A DNA stretch of 21,740 bases from Piromyces finnis finn (Eukaryota > Fungi > Neocallimastigomycota): assembly GCA_002104945.1 (NCBI GenBank), contig MCFH01000168.1, positions 1 to 21,740 of the forward strand, read 5' to 3'. The notes under the pieces were generated by a model. The model searched no databases. It was not told the DNA's origin and was given only the letters and a program-made list of their open reading frames with translations. Positions 1-12,933 of the stretch are shown here, piece after piece (the stretch's first letter is position 1; every line of letters starts with the position of its first letter). Position numbers and translations under genes: made by a program.

Positions 1-2591
1 TTGGATTTGGTCATTTATTTTAATGGTTTTTGAAGGGTACACAAGAAAGATTTATAATTCTCACAAAGATGAGTTAAGTAATGAATCAAGATTATTCATG
101 AATGCACCTGGATTTTCAGCAAGTTATTATTTAAGATTTATATTTCATATTGTTTTATTAATATGCATTGGATTCTTTATCCATATTTGGAGAACTAAGA
201 ACTATTGGTATACTCAAATTCCTATTAATCCAACAAATTATTATCAATCTCGTAAACCAGGACATCGTGACGAAAATTATAGAGATCGTAATCGTCCATC
301 ATGGAGAACTTTAAAATTCTGGTCCAATACCCCAATTCCAGATATATCAGTTACTACAAATGAAAAATATAAATTACCAAATACTGTAGGTGAATTCTAT
401 CAAAAATTTAAAAAATTAATTCCATTCATTTGGCCATGTGGACGTGAAAATTTGAGTTTACAAATATTAATTATATTATGTGTTATTATTCTAATTATTG
501 GTCGTGTTGTTAATGTATTGTTCCAATTCAATATAAACGTATTATTAATTCGTTTGGTAATCTATCAAAAGGAGGTCTTGGGGTTTATTTCGGAAAAGAA
601 GCTGGAGATGACACACCGGCTTCTGTTCCATACAAGGACATATTTTTGTTTGTATTCTTAAAATTTTTACAAAGTGGTGTTGGTTTATTAAACAGTCTTC
701 AAAATTTTATGTGGATACCTGTTGGTCAATATACTACAAGAGAAATTTCAATTAGTATGTTTAAGCATTTACACAGTTTATCGTTACGTTTCCATCTTCA
801 TAGAAAAACTGGAGAAATTTTAAGAGTTCAAGGTATGTTTATTCTTTCAGTATAAAAAAATACATGTATATATTTATTTATATTATATTAATGATTTTAT
901 TATATTTGATCCTTTAAACTATTATTTTTAATATTAACGTATAAATATTAATAAAAATAAAAATAATATTTCTTTGAATAATAATAATATTACAAAATTA
1001 TAAATATATCCTATAATATATACTAACATTAAAATTGAAAAAAAAAATAATATAATAATTATTTAAATAATATTCAATAAATAATGAAAAGATCGTGGTG
1101 TTTCCAGTATTATTACATTATTATCATCAATTTTATTTAATATTTTACCAACATTAGTGGATATTACTGTTGCTTGTGCATACTTTACATTAATGTTTGA
1201 TGCTACATTTGGTATAATTGTGTTTATGACTATGGCATTATTTATCATTACAACAATTATTATTACTGAATGGCGTAATAAATATAGAAGATGGACAAAT
1301 TTACTTGATAATGCTATGGAAGCTAAAGCAGTTGATTCATTACTTAATTTTGAAACTGTTAAGTATTATAATGCTGAAGACTTTGAAGCAGATCAATATT
1401 GCGATGCTATTGATGAATACCAAAAAGCCGCCCTTAAAAGTAATATAACTTCAACATTATTGAACTTAATTCAAAATGTAATCATTCAAACAGGTCTTTT
1501 AGTAGGATGTTTTATTTGTGCTCTTAGAATTATGAGATTAGAGGGAATGACAGTGGGTGATTTTGTATTATATTTAAGTTACATTACTCAATTATATGGT
1601 CCATTGAATTGGTTTGGTAATTATTACAGAGCTATACAAAAGAATTTTGTTGATATGGAAAAAATGATCGATCTATTCCAAGAACCAGTTGAAGTTCAAG
1701 ATAAGCCTGATGCTATTGTATTAGAAAAGAATAAGGAAGCTGAAGTGGAATTTAGTAAGTTAAAAAAATGAATAGTAACCTTTTTGCACAAAATATAATT
1801 TATTTTAATAACAAAAATATTTTTATAGAAAATGTATTCTTTTCATACGATCCTAGATTACCAGCGTTAAAAGATATTACATTTACTATCAAACCAGGTT
1901 CTACAGTTGCATTAGTTGGTCCTTCAGGATCTGGAAAATCAACAATATTAAGATTATTATTTAGTTCTATGATGTTGATGGTGGAAGCATTTTAATCAAT
2001 GGTCAAGATATCAGAAATGTTACTCAAAAATCACTAAGAAGCAATATTGGTGTTGTTTCTCAAGTAAAGCATAAAGTTTTTAAATTTATTTAATAATTTA
2101 TTATGAATACTTAATAAATATATAAAAACTATACCATTAAATTAAATTAAATATTATATAAATATTAAATATTAATATTATTATTATTTAGGATACGATG
2201 TTATTTAATGATACAATTAGATATAATATTCGTTATGGTAGATGTGATGCTACAGATGAAGAAGTAGAAGAAGCTGCAAAATTGGCCCAAGTCCATGATA
2301 AAATCATGGCTATCCTGATGGTAATCATTTTTTACAAATTAATTTGCTTGTAAAGTTTAATTATTGTTAAATTATATATAATTTTTTAATTTTTAATATA
2401 GGTTACGATACAAAGGTCGGTGAACGTGGTCTACGTCTTAGTGGTGGTGAAAAACAACGTATTGCTATAGCAAGAACATTTTTAAAGGTATAATAATAAT
2501 AATTTTAATTTCATTATTTTTTTTTTTTTTTGATTTTGTATTATTGTGTATTTAAAATAAAAAACTATTTTTAATTTAATTTATATAAAAC

Positions 2592-2622
<31 letters not shown>

Positions 2623-3164
2623 TTCATCTATTATTTTATTAGATGAAGCAACATCAGCTTTAGATACAAGAACAGAAAGACATATTCAACAAGCAATATC
2701 AGAAATGACTAGAGATAGAACTGTACTTGTTATTGCACATAGATTAAGTACAATTATTGGAGCAGATTTGATTCTTGTAGTTAAAGATGGTAAGATCGTA
2801 GAAAGAGGTAGTCATCAAGAACTTTTGAATTTATCTGGTGAATATTATAAAATGTGGCAACAACAATTAAGAAATGAAAATGCAAGATTAAAGAAGAAGG
2901 GAAATCTTAAGAAAAAGAATAAGGAATCTACATCCGTTAAAAAGAGAGGAGGTATTAGTGGTTTAGCATTTGGAAGTGGAGCATTTGTAGGAATTGGTAT
3001 GGGATTGGATACTGGTATGAGTAATATTGAAAAGACTCCTTATGAAAAAGAAGATATTCAAAGTGAACGAGATGAAAGTATACAAGAAGATTTCAATAGT
3101 AAAACAGGAAGTGAGACGAAAATGATTCTGAATGTAATCTAACCGTTGATGATTCAGAAAATAA
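1..3164 (+). CDS. HMT1: HMT1/ABCB6-type ABC half-transporter, 5'-truncated copy in the left arm, with apparent 1-bp frameshifts
   Basis: GT-AG exons at approx. <1-832, 1092-1754, 1829-2063, 2192-2320, 2402-2487 and 2621-3164. Motifs: Walker [10 protein letters not shown], signature [13 protein letters not shown], Walker [13 protein letters not shown]-loop IAHRLSTI. The TMD motifs [20 protein letters not shown] and [15 protein letters not shown] are typical of the ABCB6/ABCB7 group. Single-base deletions versus the other arm at ~522, ~1967, ~2313, ~3118 and ~3160. Confidence 0.88.
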
Positions 3165-4416
3165 TTATAGTACCAATATGGAAGATCAAGATTAAAAAAA
3201 AAATCAAAGATAAATAACAATATTATTATATTATAATGTATTAAATCAATAGAAAAAAAAAAAAAAAAAAAAGTAAACGCATAAATTTATTATAAGTATT
3301 TCTCTTTTTTGTATATTCATAGAATTTTTTAAAAAAAAAAAAAAAAAAATAGTTATTTTAATAGAAGATAATTATAAAGTTTATAATTTTTTAATAAATT
3401 ATTTAAAAATAAAAAATAAAATTTTAAACATTAAATAAAAATAATAATGTATTTCTAATTTTTTTTATTCTTTCATAAAGTTTTTATATGTATTTATACA
3501 ATTAAATGAAATTAATAATTTTTATTTAATAAATTATTCAATAAATATTTAAAAAAAAATTATATCTTTTATAATTTATTTAGTATTTTAATGATTATAT
3601 ATGAGAGCTTTAATATTGTTGATTCATCATAATGATTTTTATTCAGTTTCATGATACTTCTATATTTATCTTAATTCATATTTTAATATTTCCCCAAATA
3701 ATATTGAATCTGCCTATTTATTATTATTATTTTTTTTTTTTTTTTCATATGAAAATATAAGATACATTTGATAATGTAACTCTAAAAGCATAAATAATTA
3801 AATCTTATCATTTCTATTGTGAATTTTTGGCAATAAGGAAAACATTAAAAAACATACTTTAATCAACTCAAATATATTATTCTCCAAAAATTTTAAAAAA
3901 AATATAAAGATTGTGCAAAATTCAAAATTTTTTAAATATATCAATGCAAATAAATTTTTTTTATTTATAAATATTATTTAATTTTAATAATATATAACAG
4001 CTCGAAATACACAAATAAAGTAAACTCTTTTTTTTTTTTTTTTTAATTATTTTAAATTTTATTTGCTTTAAATATTAGTATTAAAAAAAAAAGTTTTTTT
4101 TTTTCTTTAGGTTTTAATATATATGTGTTTGTTTGTATATTTGATTTTATGACTTGGATTTGGAATTATTTTATACAATATTTTTTTTAATATTATTATT
4201 ATCATTATTAATTATTATTAATTATTATTATATAATTACTATTTTTAATTATAAATATTTTATATTATATTGCTTTTGAAATTTTCTTTCTACTTTCTTA
4301 TATTTTTTTTTTTATTTGTGATTATTGTTTCATTAAAATATCTTGTATATATGGTATTTTAAATGATTACTTAAAATATTAAAAAATAAATAAATGAATG
4401 TTAATCTGAAATGTAT

Positions 4417-5948
4417 TTATTCTAATTGCATACCCTATTTTTATATTATATTTATTATTTATATCAATAAATATTTAATATTTATATATTAATATTAATT
4501 AAATTTAAATAAAACATATAAACTCTATATATTAATTATTATAATATTTATTATTTACCTCTGGTTCGTCAGCAGCATGCTTTGGTGGTTCTTGTTCAGT
4601 TTTCTTTGACATACCAGAAACAACATCATCGACACGTAAAAGCATACATGATGACTATAAGAAAAGAAAATATAAAAAGTATTAATATATTACATATCAA
4701 ATTATACAATTATCTTTAAGAAGTTTAGAATATATATCTAATTCATATTTTCAATTAAAATAATACATACTTCAATGGCAGTCTTAATAGTTTGAGCCTT
4801 AACAGCATATGGATCCCAAATACCGTATTCCTTCATGTCAACAATAACACCCTTTGTACCATCAATACCCCAAGTATGTTGACCTTGAGCATGCTTAGCA
4901 CGTAATTGAGTTAAAACCTTAATAGCATTACCACCACAATTTTGAATTAAAGTACGAGGAATAACTTCGAATGAATCAGCTAAAGCCTTGTATGGCCATT
5001 GTTCAATCTAATTTTTATTATTAATATATTAATATAAGAGTTATAAGTTTATATTTTAAATCATCCATTGCATTTTTATATTATATATATATAATATTAT
5101 AATAAACATACACCACTAATATTTTGACTGTTCTTAGCTAAACCAACACTGATAGCCATTTCAGTTGCACCACCACCTGGACATAATTTTGGCTCGAAAA
5201 CAACATTTCTAGCAACAGCCATAGCATCTTGTAAGTTACGTTCAATTTCATTAAGAATATCCTTTGATGGACCACGTAACATAATAGTACAAGCCTTTGG
5301 ATCTTTACATTTAGTTAAGAAAGTGAAATATTCATCACCAATCTTTTGAACTTCAAATAAACCACAACCAGTACCAACATCAGATTCTTTAAGATCATCG
5401 ACTTGGTTAACAATAGTAGCACCAGTAGCACGAGCAATACGATTATTATCAGTTTTTCTAACACGACGAATAGCAGTTACATTAGCCTTCATAAGGTAGT
5501 GTTGAGCTAAGTCTATTTAAATTATATTAATAATTTTAAAATAAAAATTGCATTTTTAGTATTTATTTTATTATAAATTATTTTAATTGTTATCAGTTAG
5601 TATTCAATAAAAACTATAATAATAAATGTAACTATATATATATAAATATGGAATGAAGATATTTACCAGAAACTCCCTTTTCAGTGAAAACTAAATCTGG
5701 TTTAAGAGCAATAATAGAATCACATAATTGCTTAACTTGTTCTTCTTCAATTTCTAAAAGACGAGCCCAATGCTTTTCATCAGTAACTTCTGCATTAGTT
5801 TGAGATTCACCCTTCTTATATTCAAGTGGACAATCTAATAAAATAATTCTTGGGTTTTCAATTCTACGTCTCATATTTGGATGAGTAACATCTTTATTAA
5901 CCATAATCCATCTAAAACACGAGAATCTTCAATTTCACCACCTGGAAT
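4417..5948 (-). CDS. CCT3: T-complex protein 1 subunit gamma (CCT3), 3' part only (left arm copy)
   Basis: Spliced translation IPGGEIEDSRVLDG..NKDVTHPNMRRRIENPRIILLDCPLEYKKGESQT..RVRKTDNNRIARATGA..IERNLQDAM..EQWPYKA..EVIPRTLIQNCG..LLRVDDVVSG matches the CCT-gamma sequence I recall. It begins at a splice acceptor and no upstream exons are present. Confidence 0.95.
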
Positions 5949-6118
5949 CTTTTTTTATTACAATAATAATAATTTAAAAAATATAACAATTTTATAAATT
6001 TGATTATAATTAATAATTAGTTTAATAAAATAAAAAATTAATAATATTAATACATTATATAATAGTAAATGTGTAATTTATATAATATGATTTATTTATA
6101 TTAATTATTATTTTATAT

Positions 6119-9100
6119 AATTATTAATTATAATCAAATTTATAAAATTGTTATATTTTTTTTAAATTATATATTATGTAATAAAAAAAGATTCCAGGTG
6201 GTGAAATTGAAGATTCTCGTGTTTTAGATGGTATTATGGTTAATAAAGATGTTACTCATCCAAATATGAGACGTAGAATTGAAAACCCAAGAATTATTTT
6301 ATTAGATTGTCCACTTGAATATAAGAAGGGTGAATCTCAAACTAATGCAGAAGTTACTGATGAAAAGCATTGGGCTCGTCTTTTAGAAATTGAAGAAGAA
6401 CAAGTTAAGCAATTATGTGATTCTATTATTGCTCTTAAACCAGATTTAGTTTTCACTGAAAAGGGAGTTTCTGGTAAATATCTTCATTCCATATTATATA
6501 TATATAGTTACATTTATTATTATAGTTTTTATTGAATACTAACTGATAACAATTAAAATAATTTATAATAAAATAAATACTAAAAATGCAATTTTTATTT
6601 TAAAATTATTAATATAATTTAAATAGACTTAGCTCAACACTACCTTATGAAGGCTAATGTAACTGCTATTCTCGTGTTAGAAAAACTGATAATAATCGTA
6701 TTGCTCGTGCTACTGGTGCTACTATTGTTAACCAAGTCGATGATCTTAAAGAATCTGATGTTGGTACTGGTTGTGGTTTATTTGAAGTTCAAAAGATTGG
6801 TGATGAATATTTCACTTTCTTAACTAAATGTAAAGATCCAAAGGCTTGTACTATTATGTTACGTGGTCCATCAAAGGATATTCTTAATGAAATTGAACGT
6901 AACTTACAAGATGCTATGGCTGTTGCTAGAAATGTTGTTTTCGAGCCAAAATTATGTCCAGGTGGTGGTGCAACTGAAATGGCTATCAGTGTTGGTTTAG
7001 CTAAGAACAGTCAAAATATTAGTGGTGTTGTTTATTATTATAATATTATAATATATATTATATAAAAAATGCAATGGATGATTTAAAATATAAACTTATA
7101 ACTCTTATATTAATATATTAATAATAAAAATTAGATTGAACAATGGCCATACAAGGCTTTAGCTGATTCATTCGAAGTTATTCCTCGTACTTTAATTCAA
7201 AATTGTGGTGGTAATGCTATTAAGGTTTTAACTCAATTACGTGCTAAGCATGCTCAAGGTCAACATACTTGGGGTATTGATGGTACAAAGGGTGTTATTG
7301 TTGACATGAAGGAATACGGTATTTGGGATCCATATGCTGTTAAGGCTCAAACTATTAAGACTGCCATTGAAGTATGTATTATTTTAATTGAAAATATGAA
7401 TTAGATATATATTCTAAACTTCTTAAAGATAATTGTATAATTTGATATGTAATATATTAATACTTTTTATATTTTCTTTTCTTATAGTCATCATGTATGC
7501 TTTTACGTGTCGATGATGTTGTTTCTGGTATGTCAAAGAAAACTGAACAAGAACCACCAAAGCATGCTGCTGACGAACCAGAGGTAAATAATAAATATTA
7601 TAATAATTAATATATAGAGTTTATATGTTTTATTTAAATTTAATTAATATTAATATATAAATATTAAATATTTATTGATATAATTATAATAAATATAATA
7701 TAAAAATAGGGTATGCAATTAGAATAAATACATTTCAGATTAACATTCATTTATTTATTTTTTAATATTTTAAGTAATCATTTAAAATACCATATATACA
7801 AGATATTTTAATGAAACAATAATCACAAATAAAAAAAAAATAATAAGAAAGTAGAAAGAAAATTTCAAAAAGCAATATAATATAAAATATTTATAATTAA
7901 AAATAGTAATTATATAATAATAATTAATAATAATAATAATGATAATAATAATATTAAAAAAAAATATTGTATAAAATAATTCCAAATCCAAGTCATAAAA
8001 TCAAATATACAAACAAACACATATATATATAAAACCTAAAGAAAAAAAAAAACTTTTTTTTTAATACTAATATTTAAAGCAAATAAAATTTAAAATAATT
8101 AAAAAAAAAAAAAAAAAAGAAGTTTACTTTATTTGTGTATTTCGAGCTGTTATATATTATTAAAATTAAATAATATTTATAAATAAAAAAAATTTATTTG
8201 CATTGATATATTTAAAAAATTTTGAATTTTGCACAATCTTTATATTTTTTTTAAAATTTTTGGAGAATAATATATTTGAGTTGATTAAAGTATGTTTTTA
8301 ATGTTTTCCTTATTGCCAAAAATTCACAATAGAAATGATAAGATTTAATTATTTATGCTTTTAGAGTTACATTATCAAATGTATCTTATATTTTTCATAT
8401 GAAAAAAAAAAAAAAAAATAATAATAATAAATAGGCAGATTCAATATTATTTGGGGAAATATTAAATATGAATTAAGATAAATATAGAAGTATCATGAAA
8501 CTGAATAAAAATCATTATGATGAATCAACAATATTAAAGCTCTCATATATAATCATTAAAATACTAAATAAATTATAAAAGATATAATTTTTTTTTTAAA
8601 TATTTATTGAATAATTTATTAAATAAAATTATTAATTTCATTTAATTGTATAAATACATATAAAAAACTTTATGAAAGAATAAAAAAAATTAGAAATACA
8701 TTATTATTTTTATTTAATGTTTAAAATTTTATTTTTTATTTTTAAATAATTTATTAAAAAATTATAAACTTTATAATTATCTTCTATTAAAATAACTATT
8801 TTTTTTTTTTTTTTTTTTTTTTAAAAAATTCTATGAATATACAAAAAAAGAGAAATACTTATAATAAATTTATGCGTTTACTTTTTTTTTTTTTTTTTTT
8901 TCTATTGATTTAATACATTATAATATAATAATATTGTTATTTATCTTTGATTTTTTTTTTTAATCTTGATCTTCCATATTGGTACTATAATTATTTTTCT
9001 GAATCATCAACGGTTAGATTACATTCAGAATCATTTTCAGTCTCACTTCCTGTTTTACTATTGAAATCTTCTTGTATACTTTCATCTCGTTCACTTTGAA

Positions 9101-12100
9101 TATCTTCTTTTTCATAAGGAGTCTTTTCAATATTACTCATACCAGTATCCAATCCCATACCAATTCCTACAAATGCTCCACTTCCAAATGCTAAACCACT
9201 AATACCTCCTCTCTTTTTAACGGATGTAGATTCCTTATTCTTTTTCTTAAGATTTCCCTTCTTCTTTAATCTTGCATTTTCATTTCTTAATTGTTGTTGC
9301 CACATTTTATAATATTCACCAGATAAATTCAAAAGTTCTTGATGACTACCTCTTTCTACGATCTTACCATCTTTAACTACAAGAATCAAATCTGCTCCAA
9401 TAATTGTACTTAATCTATGTGCAATAACAAGTACAGTTCTATCTCTAGTCATTTCTGATATTGCTTGTTGAATATGTCTTTCTGTTCTTGTATCTAAAGC
9501 TGATGTTGCTTCATCTAATAAAATAATAGATGAATTCTTTTTTTTTTTTTTTTTTTTTTTTTTAGTTTTATATAAATTAAATTAAAAATAGTTTTTATTT
9601 TAAATACACAATAATACAAAATCAAAAAAAAAAAAAAATAATGAAATTAAAATTATTTATTATTATACCTTTAAAAATGTTCTTGCTATAGCAATACGTT
9701 GTTTTTCACCACCACTAAGACGTAGACCACGTTCACCGACCTTTGTATCGTAACCTATATTAAAAATTAAAAAATTATAATATATAAATTTAACAATAAT
9801 TAAACTTTACAAGCAAATTAATTTGTAAAAAATGATTACCATCAGGCATAGCCATGATTTTATCATGGACTTGGGCCAATTTTGCAGCTTCTTCTACTTC
9901 TTCATCTGTAGCATCACATCTACCATAACGAATATTATATCTAATTGTATCATTAAATAACATCGTATCCTAAATAATAATAATATTAATATTTAATATT
10001 TATATAATATTTAATTTAATTTAATGGTATAGTTTTTTATATATTTATTAAGTATTCATAATAAATTATTAAATAAATTTAAAAACTTTATGCTTTACTT
10101 GAGAAACAACACCAATATTGCTTCTTAGTGATTTTTGAGTAACATTTCTGATATCTTGACCATTGATTAAAATGCTTCCACCATCAACATCATAGAATCT
10201 AAATAATAATCTTAATATTGTTGATTTTCCAGATCCTGAAGGACCAACTAATGCAACTGTAGAACCTGGTTTGATAGTAAATGTAATATCTTTTAACGCT
10301 GGTAATCTAGGATCGTATGAAAAGAATACATTTTCTATAAAAATATTTTTGTTATTAAAATAAATTATATTTTGTGCAAAAAGGTTACTATTCATTTTTT
10401 TAACTTACTAAATTCCACTTCAGCTTCCTTATTCTTTTCTAATACAATAGCATCAGGCTTATCTTGAACTTCAACTGGTTCTTGGAATAGATCGATCATT
10501 TTTTCCATATCAACAAAATTCTTTTGTATAGCTCTGTAATAATTACCAAACCAATTCAATGGACCATATAATTGAGTAATGTAACTTAAATATAATACAA
10601 AATCACCCACTGTCATTCCCTCTAATCTCATAATTCTAAGAGCACAAATAAAACATCCTACTAAAAGACCTGTTTGAATGATTACATTTTGAATTAAGTT
10701 CAATAATGTTGAAGTTATATTACTTTTAAGGGCGGCTTTTTGGTATTCATCAATAGCATCGCAATATTGATCTGCTTCAAAGTCTTCAGCATTATAATAC
10801 TTAACAGTTTCAAAATTAAGTAATGAATCAACTGCTTTAGCTTCCATAGCATTATCAAGTAAATTTGTCCATCTTCTATATTTATTACGCCATTCAGTAA
10901 TAATAATTGTTGTAATGATAAATAATGCCATAGTCATAAACACAATTATACCAAATGTAGCATCAAACATTAATGTAAAGTATGCACAAGCAACAGTAAT
11001 ATCCACTAATGTTGGTAAAATATTAAATAAAATTGATGATAATAATGTAATAATACTGGAAACACACGATCTTTTCATATTTATTGAATATTTATTTAAA
11101 TAATTATTATATTATTTTTTTTTTTCAATTTTAATGTTAGTATATATTATAGGATATATTTATAATTTTTGTAATATTATTATTATTCAAAGAAATATTA
11201 TTTTATTTATTATTAATATTTTATACGTTTAATATTAAAAAATAATAGTTTAAAGGATCAAATATATAAAATCATTAATATAATATAAATAAAATATATA
11301 CATGTATTTTTTATACTGAAAGAATAAACATACCTTGAACTCTTAAAATTTCTCCAGTTTTTCTATGAAGATGGAAACGTAACGATAAACTGTGTAAATG
11401 CTTAAACATACTAATTGAAATTTCTCTTGTAGTATATGACCAACAGGTATCCACATAAAATTTTGAAGACTGTTTAATAAACCAACACCACTTTGTAAAA
11501 ATTTTAAGAATACAAACAAAAATAGTCCTTGTATGGAACAGAAGCCGGTGTGTCATCTCCAGCTTCTTTTCCGAAATAAACCCCAAGACCTCCTTTTGAT
11601 AGATTACCAAACGAATTAATAATACGTTTATATTGAATTGGAACGAATACATTAACAACACGACCAATAATTAGAATAATAACACATAATATAATTAATA
11701 TTTGTAAACTCAAATTTTCACGTCCACATGGCCAAATGAATGGAATTAATTTTTTAAATTTTTGATAGAATTCACCTACAGTATTTGGTAATTTATATTT
11801 TTCATTTGTAGTAACTGATATATCTGGAATTGGGGTATTGGACCAGAATTTTAAAGTTCTCCATGATGGACGATTACGATCTCTATAATTTTCGTCACGA
11901 TGTCCTGGTTTACGAGATTGATAATAATTTTTGGATTAATAGGAATTTGAGTATACCAATAGTTCTTAGTTCTCCAAATATGGATAAAGAATCCAATGCA
12001 TATTAATAAACAATATGAAATATAAATCTTAAATAATAACTTGCTGAAAATCCAGGTGCATTCATGAATAATCTTGATTCATTACTTAACTCATCTTTGT

Positions 12101-12162
12101 GAGAATTATAAATCTTTCTTGTGTACCCTTCAAAAACCATTAAAATAAATGACCAAATCCAA
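6119..12162. repeat. Right arm of ~6 kb inverted repeat
   Basis: Reverse complement of 1-6018, separated by a ~100-bp AT-rich spacer (6019-6118) that is itself a loosely degraded palindrome. Confidence 0.98.
6191..7727 (+). CDS. CCT3: CCT3, 3' part only (right arm copy; frameshift at ~6671, damaged donor at ~7027)
   Basis: Exons 6191-6473, 6627-7026, 7135-7371, 7488-7583 and a probable 18-bp last exon at 7710-7727 (GMQLE*). Mirror image of 4417-5948. Confidence 0.93.
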
Positions 12163-12933
12163 AATCCATGGATTGTCATTTGAAATTTAAATTTCCAATC
12201 TTTAATGAAGTAGAATGGTATTGAAAGACACCATGCAATAATTGGAATTGTAAAAACAAAAATAAAGTTTAAAGGAAGTTTTATATCTATTCCAGAAGAA
12301 GACTCATTTTTAAGAAATATATTTGATAAAATTCCAAAAAGATCAAAAATATGTAATGAAATAATAAATGTTACTGCTATTTTTGATATAGAAATTGTTC
12401 TATCAAAATTTTCATTAAGTGGACGATAGTAAACTATGATTTCTTCATCTTCGTCTTCATCTTCACTTTCACTTTGTTCTTCAACGTCATTTAATCTAAG
12501 ATAGTATACAAATAAATATAAATATATGAATATTATGTAATAATTAATTTATTTTTAATGAAGTACAATATTTTTATAATTTATATAGTTATTAGAAAAA
12601 TAATATTTGACAAATTTTATTAGAAGCATAAAATATATTTTTTTTTTCTTTTTTTTTTATTTTTATGAATTACATATATATATATTATATATATTATAAA
12701 ATATTGAAATAAAAATAAAATAATTAAATTATAATTACTTCTATATTGTCTTCGGATTTTCGTTTTTCTTATTTTATTGAACCACACAATTATTGCAAAT
12801 ATTAAAAGGTATGAATCAAGAGCTATTGGAAGAATGATATGTAAATAACAAGTGATATGAAACCAAAACTTAAAAATTTCGGATCTCTACAGAACGGTAG
12901 TAGAGTATCTTTACCGTTTGTATCTGAATTCAT
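8991..12933 (-). CDS. HMT1: HMT1/ABCB6-type heavy-metal-tolerance ABC half-transporter, probably full length, with apparent 1-bp frameshifts
   Basis: Mirror of 1-3164 plus extra 5' coding sequence. The exon at ~11334-12495 encodes an acidic stretch ([14 protein letters not shown]) and hydrophobic segments ([22 protein letters not shown]). A tentative first exon lies at ~12738-12933 ([20 protein letters not shown]). The extra N-terminal membrane region favours HMT1/ABCB6 over Atm1/ABCB7. The first exon and its phase are uncertain because of indels. Confidence 0.85.

Larger units (their letters stand above)
1..6018. repeat. Left arm of ~6 kb inverted repeat; runs to the window edge, so it may extend further
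   Basis: Bases 1-12 (ttggatttggtc) are the reverse complement of 12151-12162. Reverse complementarity was seen wherever I compared the arms, through exons, introns and intergenic DNA, up to ~6018/6119. ORF translations are duplicated on opposite strands (2705+ vs 8991-; 5632- vs 6236+). Confidence 0.98.

Noticed and set aside
1-3164. Calling the transporter Atm1/ABCB7 or a true pseudogene
   Set aside because: The N-terminal membrane extension fits HMT1/ABCB6, and the frameshifts are complemented by the other arm and look like sequence errors.
6019-6118. Sequencing adapter at the fold point
   Set aside because: No SMRTbell-like or other adapter sequence is visible. Its absence does not exclude a fold-back artefact.
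7782-7991. 69-aa ORF rich in I/F/Y
   Set aside because: Low-complexity translation of AT-rich intergenic DNA with no coding signature.
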